From NCBI RefSeq assembly GCF_009914755.1, contig NC_060932.1: a DNA stretch of 64,000 bases; one strand, 5' to 3'. Under the pieces are notes generated by a model, which was given only the letters and a program-made list of their open reading frames with translations, was not told the DNA's origin and ran no database searches. Below are positions 1 through 13,570 of the stretch, piece after piece; position 1 is the first letter of the stretch; every line of letters begins with the position of its first letter. Both the position numbers and the translations under genes were made by a program. Source of the stretch: the human T2T-CHM13v2.0 reference genome, Homo sapiens.

Positions 1-1039
1 CTTTTGAATTGTACAGCCTCTTGGTTGAAGATCTACGTCCTCAAAGTGCGGGCTTGCCGTGGAGTAACGCAGATCCCCTCTGGCAACTCGTCTGGGACGA
101 AGGGCGTTTTTGCTTAGTGTTGATCACGCAAATCACATCTGAAAAGAAGCTGCTTAAAATGGGTGTGTATCATTCCCTTCCTGTCACTCGGTCACCCCTA
201 TTCCAGAGAGGTTGAAGTGCTTTTTGCAGTTACACTCACACAAGACCAAACCTTTAGAAGGACCTGAAAAATGTATCACTGCACTTTGAATTCTATTAAC
301 TTTCCTGGAGACTGAACATTGAACTCAATTTTTGCTGGGAATGAAGATGTAAATGTTTTGAAAAACTAGAATCGCATTTTCCTAAATTTTAAAAATGATT
401 GTTCTTCACCAATTCCAGATGGATTCTTTATTCTTTGCCAATGGGTTGCAGATGCCCACTGTTTTAACCAAGTTGGTTTACTGCGTATGAAATGAACATT
501 TGCCGATTAAAGCTTAAATATTGGAAGAAATTTCTCCTGGGGCATTCCACGCGTCTTTGCAATAATTACTAAATTAGTCAATTGCCACCTCTGTAAACAA
601 ACTTCGTTTAGAAAACAGCAGGCGAAAGCAGACTACACATGTAGTCATAATTGACCAAAAGTATGTACAAAACTGTTTAAAATTGGGGAAAGAGTGATTT
701 ATGCTGGAGAATGCAGTCTAGACCTGAATTATTTTACTTTACGGTGAAGGTAGTTGTATTGAATGTGTTAAGATGTGCAAATTAAGCCGGCGAGCGAACC
801 AAATAAAAATACTAAATGCCCTTTGGGATTCTCTGTGGAGTCTTTGAGAGGCAGAGAAGCAGTTGTTGAGTTTCTAATGGTATAAGGAAAAGTGGCAACG
901 AGAAGAAAGGGGGTGGGTATTGTGTTTGTGTGTGAGTTTTGAACTGAGTCACCTACGGCTGCGTCTCTATAACAGGGAAACCTCGAGCAAACCTGTGCCT
1001 TTAAGACTCAGTTGCTATCCAAACAGAAGTAAACAGAGT

Positions 1040-1560
1040 GGACCATTAGCAGACGCCGGGCGCGGAGGCGGAGCCAGGGCGCTGAGGGCCCCGCGCGGCG
1101 GCGGGACGCCCGCCCGAAGGGGAGGCGGGGCCGCTACTAAAGCCCAAGACTCCCGGCCTGGGGCAGCCTGGGGAGGGACGCGGGCGGGGACGGAGCTCGG
1201 CGTGCTTGCTGCTGGAGGGTGATGGCCCTGCAAGGCTGTGGGCTCCGACCTCACCGGGAGTCGACAGCGAGAGGTTCGCCGAAGAGCGAGGTTCTGGGCG
1301 AGCGCTGAACGCCGGCCCCAAGCACCCCGGGTCTTTACACAGTCCGCGTCCACAGACTCTGACGAAGACGTGGATCTGCTCTCGCTTTAGCTGCTCGCGG
1401 TCCTCCAGATCATGTCCGCGACTCCTGCGACTCCGCGCGGAAAAAAAAGTTTGCCAGGCGTGGACTCAATGACCTTTCCAAGCTGTGCGCCTCGCTGCCT
1501 GGACCGGGTCTGAGCGCGGCTGCCCAGGTTGACCTTTCTGCGGGAGGTGAGTGTTCGCTC
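1040..1560 (+). promoter_or_regulatory. OSR2: OSR2 CpG-island promoter
   Basis: Very GC- and CpG-dense segment with GC boxes (GGGGAGGCGGGG ~1119-1130, GGGCGGGG ~1182) and forkhead-type GTAAACA motifs at 1029-1035 and 593-599, directly upstream of a consensus splice donor. Confidence 0.8.
1150..1546 (+). other. OSR2: OSR2 non-coding exon 1 (5' UTR); start approximate
   Basis: Ends at a perfect donor GAG|GTGAGT (1546/1547) inside the CpG island. The TSS cannot be fixed from sequence alone. Confidence 0.75.
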
Positions 1561-4543
1561 TGGGAAGGGGCTGTAGCTGCCCTTTGGAAGGAAGGGTTTG
1601 GGGGTGTAAGAGGCGTTCAGATTCTCGGTCTGGTGTGCCCCAAATTCAGATGTGAAAATAGATCATGGGGATGCAATCCCAGGGCACTGTATTTCTCACT
1701 TCCTTGGGTCCCTGGCACGCGACTCCCAGCTAACACCCAACCACACACATTTCTACATACTGTTTCTTAATTTTGTTTTGGGATATTTAATCTAAGCGGT
1801 CAGCAAGACTTCTTATAAAAGCTGGTCTACGTACACTGAGATCAAACCCCACAATCCCATGGTGTTTCTGCTCCTGCCCTAGCAAGCCTGGGTCGACTTG
1901 TCCCGGGGCAGCCGCGGCAGCGCAGCGTGGACGGGCCCGGACACCCGGTGCCTGCCCAGCCAGCGACGCTGAAGGCACATTTCAAGAGGGAAATAGTTCA
2001 GTCCTCGGTAATTTGTCAACCTCGTGCTGGCTTTAAAATTCTCCTCCCACCTTCTAGTCCTGACTGAGGGGGCCCAAAAGCAAACTCCCCGGGGGCTTAA
2101 ACGCTCGGATTCCTGAGAAACGGCAAGTGAGAAAGGAGTTGCAGTTGTACGAAGAAGGAGCGAGGAAAAGGTGTTTGTGGAGGGAGCCCCGGATCTGTCT
2201 TCCTACCTGTTAGCCGAGAACAAAAGGGGGCTGGCGTTTCCCGAAGCGAAAGGGCGCAGACAGCCACTTTCTCTGCTAAACAAACTGCAGTCCTGGGCAG
2301 AACAAGAAAATTACTCACGCAGGGGGAGCAAGGGGAGCACAGAGAAACAGAACCTAGATTATGCGGAAGGCATCTTAATTTAATTAACTCCTTGGGAAGG
2401 CAGAGGCGCTCTGAAGGGGCAGGAACTTCGCAGCCGTTTCTCTATTCACCTGATACAGTCTGGCCCTAACAATCTGTCCTTTAACAATTTTTTTTCTTTT
2501 TAATGATCTTCTTTGATCTACTTAGTCTATAGCTCTCTAATTTATATAAAATTCTGCTGTGGTTTGGGCTGAAATTCAGTGAGCCTACCTATCCGACCAT
2601 CAGTCATTTATCTCATATACCAGTGCACAGGTTTTAGCAGATGAACCCTGACTGTATATTATTTTTAGATAATTCAGTGTAATATTACCATTACCAAAGA
2701 GCGAAACTCCTTATCAAGTTACTTCTTAATTTTTTTCTCCAATGTTTTGAAAGCTTCACTGAACTGAAATAAGTGTGTACACATCTTCCTTGGTGACAGC
2801 CAGTCAAGTAAATTTTACAAAATTTCTCCACATGCCTGGAAATTCCTGTGAAGAAGACTGATGAAAGAAAAGTAGCCTCAGCTCCACCAACATATTTATG
2901 ACTTTTCATTGGTTTAAGTTTCTTTCCTTGCAAGATTAAAAGTAACCAGTGGTCTGAAACGGGACGGTGGAGAAATGACAGCAGATGATGATCGCTGTTA
3001 TTTCCTGAAAGGGAGTGTGGGAACTACAAGGCTCAGCTCTAGACAAAACGAAAGTACTTTAGGATCTCTGCATTCACTTAAAATACTTCTTTTGACATAC
3101 ATTTCCAGCAACTCAATGGGAGTGTGGAAATTTAACCTTCCTAATTATTTGTGGCAAGAGCCATTGGTGGATATTTAAGGTTGTTCTGTTTGTAAAAGGG
3201 TTTCAAAAGGACCAATGGTTTGCTCTTCCTCTATGAAGAAACTATCTGCCCTACAAATTAAAACAAACAGGTACTATGAAATAGCACTTTTTTTTTTTAC
3301 TAACATGAACCTGAATTATATTAGTCGTTAATTTCTGTATTATAAACCATTCAGAGAAAAGGGAAAGAAGATGGCACTCAACTTTGTGGCAGTGTAACCT
3401 TTATGGCAGAGTTCGCTGTGCCTTTGGTATAGAAATCACAGGTCACAACAGTACTTTAGCCAACACCACTCCCCCACATGCCCGCTCCCCCCTCCCCAAC
3501 GCATACACCCTGTGGTGGGAGTTGTGCTTTGCCTCCTGTATTTATTTCTAAGAAATCTAGTCTGGGAATACACCCAAATAATAATTTCGGTTTCCTCTCT
3601 ATGGGAAAGAGGTTGCTTTTCAACACGAAGGGAAAAATAATATTTTGAATCTCTGGAAAATCCTCATTACGCAAAGAGAAGGAAATAAAGGTATAAATTA
3701 TTATTTTTAATTGAAAGGGAAATAATCAGGTAGATTACCAGGAATGTTAGTAGAATCCTTTTCCCCTGCCTCCCTAAGAGACTTGCCACCGAGCAAAAAT
3801 GAATCGTGATTTGTGGTGGGAAAGTTGATTACTAATGGGGGTTTGCAGTTGCGGTTGAATGGTCTGACTGAGACCCTCTGACTGTTACCCACCTCTCATT
3901 AACTCTTAGCCTGAACTCCCAGACCGCATACCACCAAGCAGAAGCGATTCGTTAATAAATCTCTGTCCCGAGCCCTTCCAGAGGAAGGTGTGGGCCCCGC
4001 AGAGGCAGCCAGATCCTGCCTTGCCAGAGCGCTCTGTCATTAGCGTAGCCCCCTAAGTCTGCTCACAGATGGAACCATAGGCAATACTTCATAACGCGCT
4101 GGAGAGGACAAGTCAGACGCAGGAAGGGGTTGGGTGGGAAGGGAAGGCTGGAGTCTCTCCTGCCTTCCTGCTGGGTTCAAATGCCAGGCTTGGCGGTTGG
4201 TGGCACAGACTGGGAAACGTGACTCCTACACCTGGGGGTCTGCCCTCAGAGGGAAGGCCCTGGTCCCCCGAACTGGCAGAACTCCTTTCTAAAAAGGGGC
4301 TGGTAGTGGGAGAAGGTGGGCCCGCTGTGAATGTAGGTGAGGTGATCCCGGGAACCTGGGTCTGAAATCAGACCTGTGTTGCCATTGGGAGCACGGAGAG
4401 AGGGGAAGCGCCCTGCTTAGGCCCAGGCCGGGCGTCCTGGTGGTGGGACCGCAGCCGCACTCACCTCCAGGCCAACGGACAAGGTTCCTGCAAGCCAGCA
4501 GGGCCACTCTGTGCTTGGCCTACTGCAGCTCCCCTGCAGCTCC

Positions 4544-4612
4544 TTTCCTCTCCCTCCCCGGAGCGCTCTCCTCTCTCCTCTCCCCTCTCTTCTCTCTCCT
4601 CTCTCGTCTCCT
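4544..4612 (+). repeat. CT-rich polypyrimidine low-complexity tract
   Basis: Nearly pure C/T sequence (ctctcctctctcctctcccctctcttctctctcctctctc). Confidence 0.8.
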
Positions 4613-4895
4613 GGGGCATCCCGGGTGGAGGGATGTAGGGGTCGCTCCTCGGTGCCAGGCCGGGAAGCAGCTCAGGCCTCCCAAGAGCTTGGCGCTCAGT
4701 CTGGGAAAAGGGGTTCCTCTGGCCTCAGGGACGTTCTCCGCCCCCACCCCACCCCCTGGGAGCCTGAACCATCTGGAAGGGATCTTAGTCGGGGGTTGGG
4801 AGGAGAGCCCGTGGATAGGAGGAGGGGGCGATTCTAGGCCGAATCCAGCCCCTGAGGTGTCACTTTTCTTTCCTGCGGCCCGTCACCGCTGATAG

Positions 4896-5144
4896 ATGGG
4901 GCTGAGGGCAGAGGAAGGAAAAAGAAAACCTCCGAGGTCAGTGCGGGGCGAGGTGAGCCCCTCCCAGGGCCCTCTGGCCCAGGAGGATGAAGCGCGCCGG
5001 CTTCGCTCTTGCACGCCGGCTTGCCATCCGGGTAAGCGCGGGAAAGGCGGCCACAGGGCGCGGCGGCAGCGCAGCGCGTGGGATCTCACGACCCATCCGT
5101 TAACCCACCGTTCCCAGGAGCTCCGAGGCGCAGCGGCGACAGAG
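4896..5144 (+). CDS. OSR2: OSR2 alternative upstream coding exon (83 aa) of a long 433-aa isoform
   Basis: ATG 4896 to donor GAG|GTTCGC is 249 nt (phase 0). It joins the acceptor at 5562 in frame through 38 stop-free codons to the main ATG: 83+38+312=433 aa, matching my recollection of an annotated long isoform. Confidence 0.6.
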
Positions 5145-5203
5145 GTTCGCCCCGGCCTGCTAGCATTGGCATTGCGGTTGACTGAGCTTCGCCTAACAGG
5201 CTT

Positions 5204-5240
5204 GGGGAGGGTGGGCTGGGCTGGGCTGGGCTGGGCTGGG
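5204..5240 (+). repeat. (GGGCT)n G-run array, G-quadruplex-competent
   Basis: GGGGAGGGTGGGCTGGGCTGGGCTGGGCTGGGCTGGG, eight G3+ runs. Confidence 0.85.
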
Positions 5241-5561
5241 TGCTGCCCGGCTGTCCGCCTTTCGTTTTCCTGGGACCGAGGAGTCTTCCGCTCCGTATCT
5301 GCCTAGAGTCTGAATCCGACTTTCTTTCCTTTGGGCACGCGCTCGCCAGTGGAGCACTTCTTGTTCTGGCCCCGGGCTGATCTGCACGCGGACTTGAGCA
5401 GGTGCCAAGGTGCCACGCAGTCCCCTCACGGCTTTCGGGGGGTCTTGGAGTCGGGTGGGGAGGGAGACTTAGGTGTGGTAACCTGCGCAGGTGCCAAAGG
5501 GCAGAAGGAGCAGCCTTGGATTATAGTCACGGTCTCTCCCTCTCTTCCCTGCCATTTTTAG

Positions 5562-6332
<771 letters not shown>

Positions 6333-7356
6333 TGAGGCGGGCAAGGAGGATGGCTGGGAGAGGGAAAGCGAATTTGTCCTGGACACACCGAGTCCTGATA
6401 GACATTCCCAGTGTCATTATAATCCCCTGTGATCTAAAATACACCCTCAGTCACGCTCCTCAGCCCGGTTCAGCTAATTCCCAACATCTACCCTTTCTTT
6501 CCCCCAGCGGCTCTTGCTACGTTCTTGTTTGGAATGAGGGAGGGCCTTTCCTCAGTCTTGGACAGGAACAATCTGTTGGCCTTAGTCCTGGGATGGTTAT
6601 CCTGTCTCCTCCCGGTGCTGTGGGGAGTGGTGCAGGCAGAACCCAGGTACCCTGGGGTGCCGGTCCTGGCTGCAGTCGGGCTACTTCTGTTGGGTTTCGT
6701 CCCTCCCCCCACCCCCCACCCTCCACCCAGGTGCGCCCCAGAGCCTGCCGTGGGGACCTTTCTTTTAAGCTGTATTTGTGGGTTGAGAGGGGGAGGAGGT
6801 CTTGAGGTCCGAATTTACAAACAGCTCCCACCTCCCTTCCGCGACCTTAAACTCTGCATTAATACAAGGCAATTGAAGGCATTCAATAATGTAAGTGTTA
6901 TCATTGGGTAAAAACTTCTCAGGAGTTGGGGAGACCTTTTTAGCGGTATCTTTTCTGGACTCTACCTGCTGTTCCCCAGAGATGAGACTTCTGTACCCAT
7001 CCTGCGAGGCTGTTAAGGGATTCACTAAAATTAGCACTTCTAAACTCAGCCTTGCCTTACATCCTGATTTGGCCAATTTAAATCCCAGAGAAAACCATGG
7101 AGGCCAAGAAAGGCCCGTTCAGCGGGGTTTCGAGCTCCAGAATACGCCAGAGAGGGCGATCAAGTGTAGATAAAGCCCGCGGGCTGGTGAATATTTTGAA
7201 GAGAATTAGTTGAGATTAACCATAAAGAGAATTACACAGGAAAAAAAAAAATCTAAAAACGTAAATGGAAATCTTGTTTCTTTTGTTCTTCCACGACTTC
7301 CTTTTAAGTAATTGCTAAAAGTAACTCTTCACCATGGGGCAAAGTTATTTCAATGA

Positions 7357-7584
<228 letters not shown>

Positions 7585-8239
7585 TAGTTCTCTAGGTGGG
7601 GAAAAGCAACACTTGATTTCTTTAATACATAAAATTAATCTTGTTTAACATAAAGCATTTTTATATTTTTCTCAAAAAACGGCCACTTTGATTATCATAA
7701 ATCCTAATTTTAGAATTTTTTTCATCCAATCTGTCCTGCATTTAAAGCTTTCGTGTTTAGGAGGAAATAAAGGTAATTTTGATAATGGAGGCATAGTGAA
7801 ATCCCATACGTTCTCTTTCCCAAGGGCCTCATAATTTGTAGCTTTCAGGACATTGAGGAATAGTTTAGTTTTCCAGCAAAGAGGAGCCTTATTACCCAGG
7901 AGAATGTTGTTCCTTAAGAGAGGATTAGAGTTTTTCCTTCCCCCTTTTCCTGCCTATGACATGGTGATGAAATGTGAAGAGCTGGAAATCACAAAGCCCA
8001 CCGAGGTGGCTGCGGGTCTGCCTCCGAAGTTATCAGTGTAATCGGGCCTCTGTGTATGCCTGCACGTGTATTTTCATGATTGGAAGATTAGGAGCACGGA
8101 TTTGTTCCTGCAAGTCTCCTCTTTTGTTGTCATGAGAGTGTTATGTTAACGCTTGTGATAACGATAAGACAGAAACTATTGAAAAGGGTGCAGTGGTGGT
8201 GTGAAGGATTAATCCTTTGCTTGCTTCACATCTGAACAG

Positions 8240-8422
8240 GAATCTCCACACAAATGTCCCACATGTGGAAGAACCTTTAATCAGAGAAGTAATCTGAAAA
8301 CTCACCTTCTCACCCATACAGACATCAAGCCCTACAGCTGCGAGCAGTGCGGCAAAGTGTTCAGGCGAAACTGTGATCTGCGGCGGCACAGCCTGACTCA
8401 CACCCCGCGGCAGGACTTCTAG
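8240..8422 (+). CDS. OSR2: OSR2 exon 4, five-finger isoform (OSR2A, 312 aa)
   Basis: Acceptor AACAG|GAA. Reads [60 protein letters not shown] then TAG 8420-8422; total CDS 656+100+183=939 nt. Confidence 0.97.
   Translation, partial: ESPHKCPTCGRTFNQRSNLKTHLLTHTDIKPYSCEQCGKVFRRNCDLRRHSLTHTPRQDF
8322..8396 (+). CDS. OSR2: OSR2 exon 4 alternative acceptor, three-finger isoform (OSR2B, 276 aa)
   Basis: Second acceptor CTTCTCACCCATACAG|A 82 nt downstream. The shifted frame reads [24 protein letters not shown] then TGA 8394-8396; 252+24=276 aa, the known OSR2B length. Confidence 0.9.
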   Translation, partial: TSSPTAASSAAKCSGETVICGGTA

Positions 8423-8792
8423 AGAAGCCCAGGATCTGTCCCGTGCCGCCGCTGCTCCCCTCCCCAGACACCTCTCCACGTCTCCTACCCAGGGGGTCGC
8501 ATCCCTAGCCCTTCACTGACCCCAGCTCTTCCCTTGCTGCAGCCGCACCTGCAGCTCCAGGGAGTTAACTCTTCTTCTGGGGGACTGAGAACTGTAGAAA
8601 GCCACACACTACTACATCCCTTCACAAAGAGTATATGCTAGTTTCTTGTAGATATTCACAGCTCATTTTAGAGCTCTGTACATAATGTTGTGGGTCTTTG
8701 TTTTGTTGTTTTGTTTGCTTTGGGATCTTGTTGGATGCACTTAGATATGGAAAATGGAAGCCAAATTTTATCTTTAAAGACTGTATTTTCAA

Positions 8793-8798
8793 AATAAA
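8793..8798 (+). terminator. OSR2: OSR2 polyadenylation signal
   Basis: AATAAA ~370 nt after the stop, followed by T/GT-rich sequence. Confidence 0.85.
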
Positions 8799-11017
8799 AC
8801 TTTTTCTTGTTTGTTTCAAAACTCCTGCAAAGGTGTCTTGCTATTTAAATACTGTTTTTCCTCTAGATTCTGGAAGAGTGGGCTGCCTCTATAAAATTCA
8901 ATACTGAAGGACATTCTTTATCCCTAGGTTTAAAAAATAGGATTTCTCAGAATTCTCATTCTGCAACTTCAGCCCTTCCCTTTTTATATGGTGGCATTTT
9001 GGAATTAGACAATTGGGCTGCTTGTTTTTCAAAGATATTAAAAACATTGATGCCCCTAAGGTTTTATCCCCTTTTGTTTATTTCAATGACTTGCGTATTA
9101 TTCCTTCAGATAAATGCAATATCTTAATATAACATGCAACTTCCATGGCTGTCCTACTTGAAAGCACAGGATGGGAAGAAGCAGGAAGCATAGAAGAGGT
9201 GGGAGCTTCTTGCCACTTCATTTTTGAAAAGTCCTTGGCCTATTGTCACAATTTATGATGGGCAACTTCTCTTACCATTAGACTTTGAACACTATGATTT
9301 ATCACTGTAGACAGAGACTTTATCCTGCCTTCAGGACAGAAGTCTAAAATCCGACAGAAGAGTACAGGAAGATACAACCTTCAAGAAGACGGGAGAGAAG
9401 AGGAGAAAGGAGAAACCACTAAGCTATGTTCACAAAATATTTTTTTCCAAGGGTGGGGATCCTTTCTTCTAGAAGGTTAGGATTTCTCTGCAAAGCAAAC
9501 TGAGTTGGGTTACCAGTGAGGTTTCCACCACTGGTTGGTCTTTGTCCCTGGGAAAATGCCAGAAGTGCAGGTTACTCCATGTATAGAGCTCATGGCAAAC
9601 ATGTAATCACCTTCTGAGACATTTCAACCTTTCCTAAATGGTTCCCGGGGAACATGACTCTAGTATAGTGACAACCCTGAAGTATAGTGTAGGATTTGAG
9701 TGGAGGGCTTTGGAAGGAGATAAAGAGTAGTACTATTCAGAGACTGGAAGGAAAGTGATTTAACTTAAAGGGGGAATGACAGAGAAACCTGTGGCACAGT
9801 AGGCTCTCACAAACTGTTTAATATGGAATAACAGGTTAAACAAGGCATTATCAGATTTATGTAAAATTTGTATATTTGTGTGGGGATGGCATGTTTCACT
9901 TTCAGGGTGATTCCAAGCAACATGTCCTATGTTTGTACCTTAGAATCTTCCAGAAAAGTAGATAGAGACTTGAGGACTAGGTTCAAAATTTCTCAACAGT
10001 ACCTTGTTCAATTCAACTTACTAAGAGGTTTCAAAAAGTGTTCCTGACTAATTGCTTCCTCTGTTTTCAGGGGAGCTGGCTAGAAGTCATGTTTATCTCT
10101 CACCAGAGATTAATTCTCTCCAACAAAGTGTCCACTCACCAGCCTGTGTGCCTAATGCTCACACAAATGCATTCCCCAGCGTGGGATGAGCCCAAAGTCT
10201 TCCTGAGGAGTAGGGGTAGGGATGGAGTATGGAGTGCATGTGCTTGTGTTATTTAGAGGAATGAAACAGCTGTTTGCTTTCTTTTGTTTGTACAGAATTA
10301 ACTCAGTGACCTCCCTGCCCCTCCTCTCTCAAGATCCTGCCCACGTTGGTACAGAAGATTTGAATACTTTAGGGCAGAGTTAACATTGACTGTCCCTAGA
10401 GCCCCACTAATCCTGCAGGCTTTTTCTACATAGTCAATCTCACAGCCCCACCCACCCCTACTGACTACAAGTGTTACAGTTCCATCTCACAGGGTTCAGT
10501 CCAATTATCAAAGAATGACCCTTGTTCACTATCAAGCTACAGGCATATCCTTGAAGTCCCTATTACAGGAATACATAGATAGGTATAACCACAGAACTGT
10601 TCCTCCCCATTTATTTTAGTGGAAGAAATGGGAATCAGAAGGGAAAGAGAAAGAAGAGAGGAGAAAGTGGAGAAAGCAGTTCCCCATCTGATACACATAC
10701 TATTTTAAAAGTTAAGGTTACTTATAATTAATTTATTTACTCATTAATTTAATAAATGCTTATTTTATGCTTCTCATATGCCAAACCATGTGCTAAGCTC
10801 CACTGATTTTCATGATCAGTTTCTGCCTTTCTATATCTAGTGACACATTTTTGGAATCTTGGCTACTTAGATAATTAAAAACCTATGATAGGGCTAATTT
10901 AACAACTCCCCTCAATCTAGACACTTAAATCCAGCATTCATCTAGGCTCAGAAAGGTTCTAGCTTCTGTCAGGGTAGACTTTTTCTACATACTCTTCATG
11001 ATCTTAGGTGAACTTTT

Positions 11018-11310
11018 ATTTTTATTTTTAAGATAAAGTCTCACTCGTTGCCCAGGCTGGAGTGCAGTGGCACAATCTTGGCTCACTGCAACCTCCACCC
11101 CCAGGTTCTAAATGATTCTCTTGCCTCAGCCTCCCAAGTAGCTGGGATTACAGGCACCTGCCACCATGCCTGGCTAATTTTTGTATTTTTCGTAGAGATG
11201 TGGTTTCACCATGCTGGCCAGGCTGGTCTTGAATGCCTGACCTCAAGTGACCTGCCTGCTTTGGCCTCCCAAAGTGCTGAGATTACAGGGGTGAGCCACC
11301 ATGCCCAGCC
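11018..11310 (-). mobile_element. Alu (AluS-type)
   Basis: Full reverse Alu; TSD AGGTGAACTTTT at 11006-11017 and 11311-11322. Confidence 0.95.
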
Positions 11311-12216
11311 AGGTGAACTTTTAAACAGTGAGTTCCTCTCCAAATTCTGGGTTTTGTTTTCTTCTTCTTTAGACTGTCCAAGTGTACAGGAAATGAACAA
11401 ATTTATGAGACATCATAGGGAAAATATCTTGTATTTTAGGAAATTGATCTGCTGGGTTTTTTTGGTTCAGAGAAGAGTCATTATTTGAGTTTTAGATTAG
11501 CCTGTGTTTTCCTTACACCCTCTACCACAGTCAACTCATGAATCAATGCTCCTGGCAAGAGACCGGCCAGGAGTTGGAAATATCGCAAGTCATAACCACA
11601 GTGCTGAAGAACTTCATGCACAAGTTAGGTATTTACTCTCGAGCTGTGACTGTAATCTCATTTTGTAGTCTATGCAGTAAGGTTTTAAAAATAATTTCTA
11701 GAAACGAATTACATTGTAATCAACTGTTAATATAAAATTATGAATGTGTGTTAGGTGCTCTTACTGATGCTAACCTTGAAATGTAGGTCATTGTGGTACT
11801 AGTGCTTTATAATTGTAGCAATTACAATTGCTATTTTGCACAGGCACACCCTTTTTTACATGAGGAAGCATTTTTAAAATCTGTCTGTAGAACAACAAAA
11901 TATTTAAAAAGTCAACAAATCTAAAATCTCAAATTATAAATAGGCCCAACTACCACTAGTGATAAAACCAGAGGTGGTTACTGGGAATTTCATCTGTTCA
12001 TCTGCTGATGTTAGCCCAGGCATTTGGTCCTCTTCACTTAAATAATGTTCAGTCAGATACTTTTACCCAAACTTTGATTCTGGAGGGGCAGCCTACCCTT
12101 GGAAGGCACTTGGGAAACATTAGTTCTTGAGGATCGTCAACATGACAAAATAGATGCATTTGCACTAAACACTGTGTAGAATCAACAGCAAATTTTAATA
12201 CAAGAAAAGTATTGGC

Positions 12217-12600
<384 letters not shown>

Positions 12601-13019
12601 TTAAACAATTGATGAAACCATATAACACATTGCAAACAGGAATGACTTTTGTATTTTAGGGGTTTATTTGTGTTTGCCTTTATTAGTGTGTTATATGGAT
12701 ACTATATTTCTCAATTTTTTCTTCTATAATGTAACTTGTCACTGATAACCACCTCTGCTGACAGCAATGAGCAATAAAGGGTGTGGAGATTCAGAATGAT
12801 TCAGCTTTGATGACCTGAGATATTTCAAGTTCATTCCTGTTTCTTTTTTTTTTTTTATTGCTTGTTGGTTTTTTTCACCCAACACAAGCTACCTTATTAT
12901 CTATGCTATGTAACTTTTTTTTCTTGAAACTATCCCAGGCAAAAACTGATAGTGAAAAATTGTAAGTAACCTTATATTATAGCCCACAAGAGGAAAATTG
13001 GTAAGTAAATTATCATGCT

Positions 13020-13570
13020 ATATCCGTTAGGATGTTTTCTACTGCACAGAACAGAAAACCCACCTCAAAGGGGCTTAAATAATAGGAGATATTTTCTCAC
13101 ATAACAAGAAGTCTCCAAGTAGGGTTCAGGGATGTGTAATTAATTGGAGTGTCACAATCAACTAGGATCAATTCTTCCTACTTTTCTGTTCTTCCATCTT
13201 TAGTGTGTATACTGGACTTCCTTTATGGCCACAAAATGGCTGCAACAGCACCAAGCACTAGCTCCACTGCTCCCTCCTTACACACATTCCATAGGCAGAA
13301 AAAGGGATTATCTCTTCCTTGTATCACTTTTAAGGAACTAAGAATCTGTTTCACAAATCTAACCTGTAGATTTGCCCTTATATCTTATTGGTCAGAAGTA
13401 TGTCACTTGTCCCTTCCTTGGCCAATCACTGATAAGGGGAATAGAATTGTACCATGATTGGCTTAAACTAAATTAAAAAATCACCTTTTATGAGTGGAAA
13501 TGGAGTTAGCCTTTAAGCCTGAAGCCCTTGACCACCTGAAGAAACCTGAGTTCTGTTAGCAGGAAAGAAA
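13020..13570. mobile_element. Old MaLR solo LTR (MLT1J/K-like)
   Basis: Characteristic MLT1 phrases (tatccgttaggatg..., cacaaaatggctgcaacagc, tcttattggtcagaagtatgtcac). Confidence 0.6.

Noticed and set aside
920-1472. Overlapping 88-112 aa ORFs on both strands at the promoter
   Set aside because: Low-complexity Ala/Pro/Gly/Arg products expected in stop-poor GC-rich DNA; several start at non-ATG codons and none resembles a known domain.
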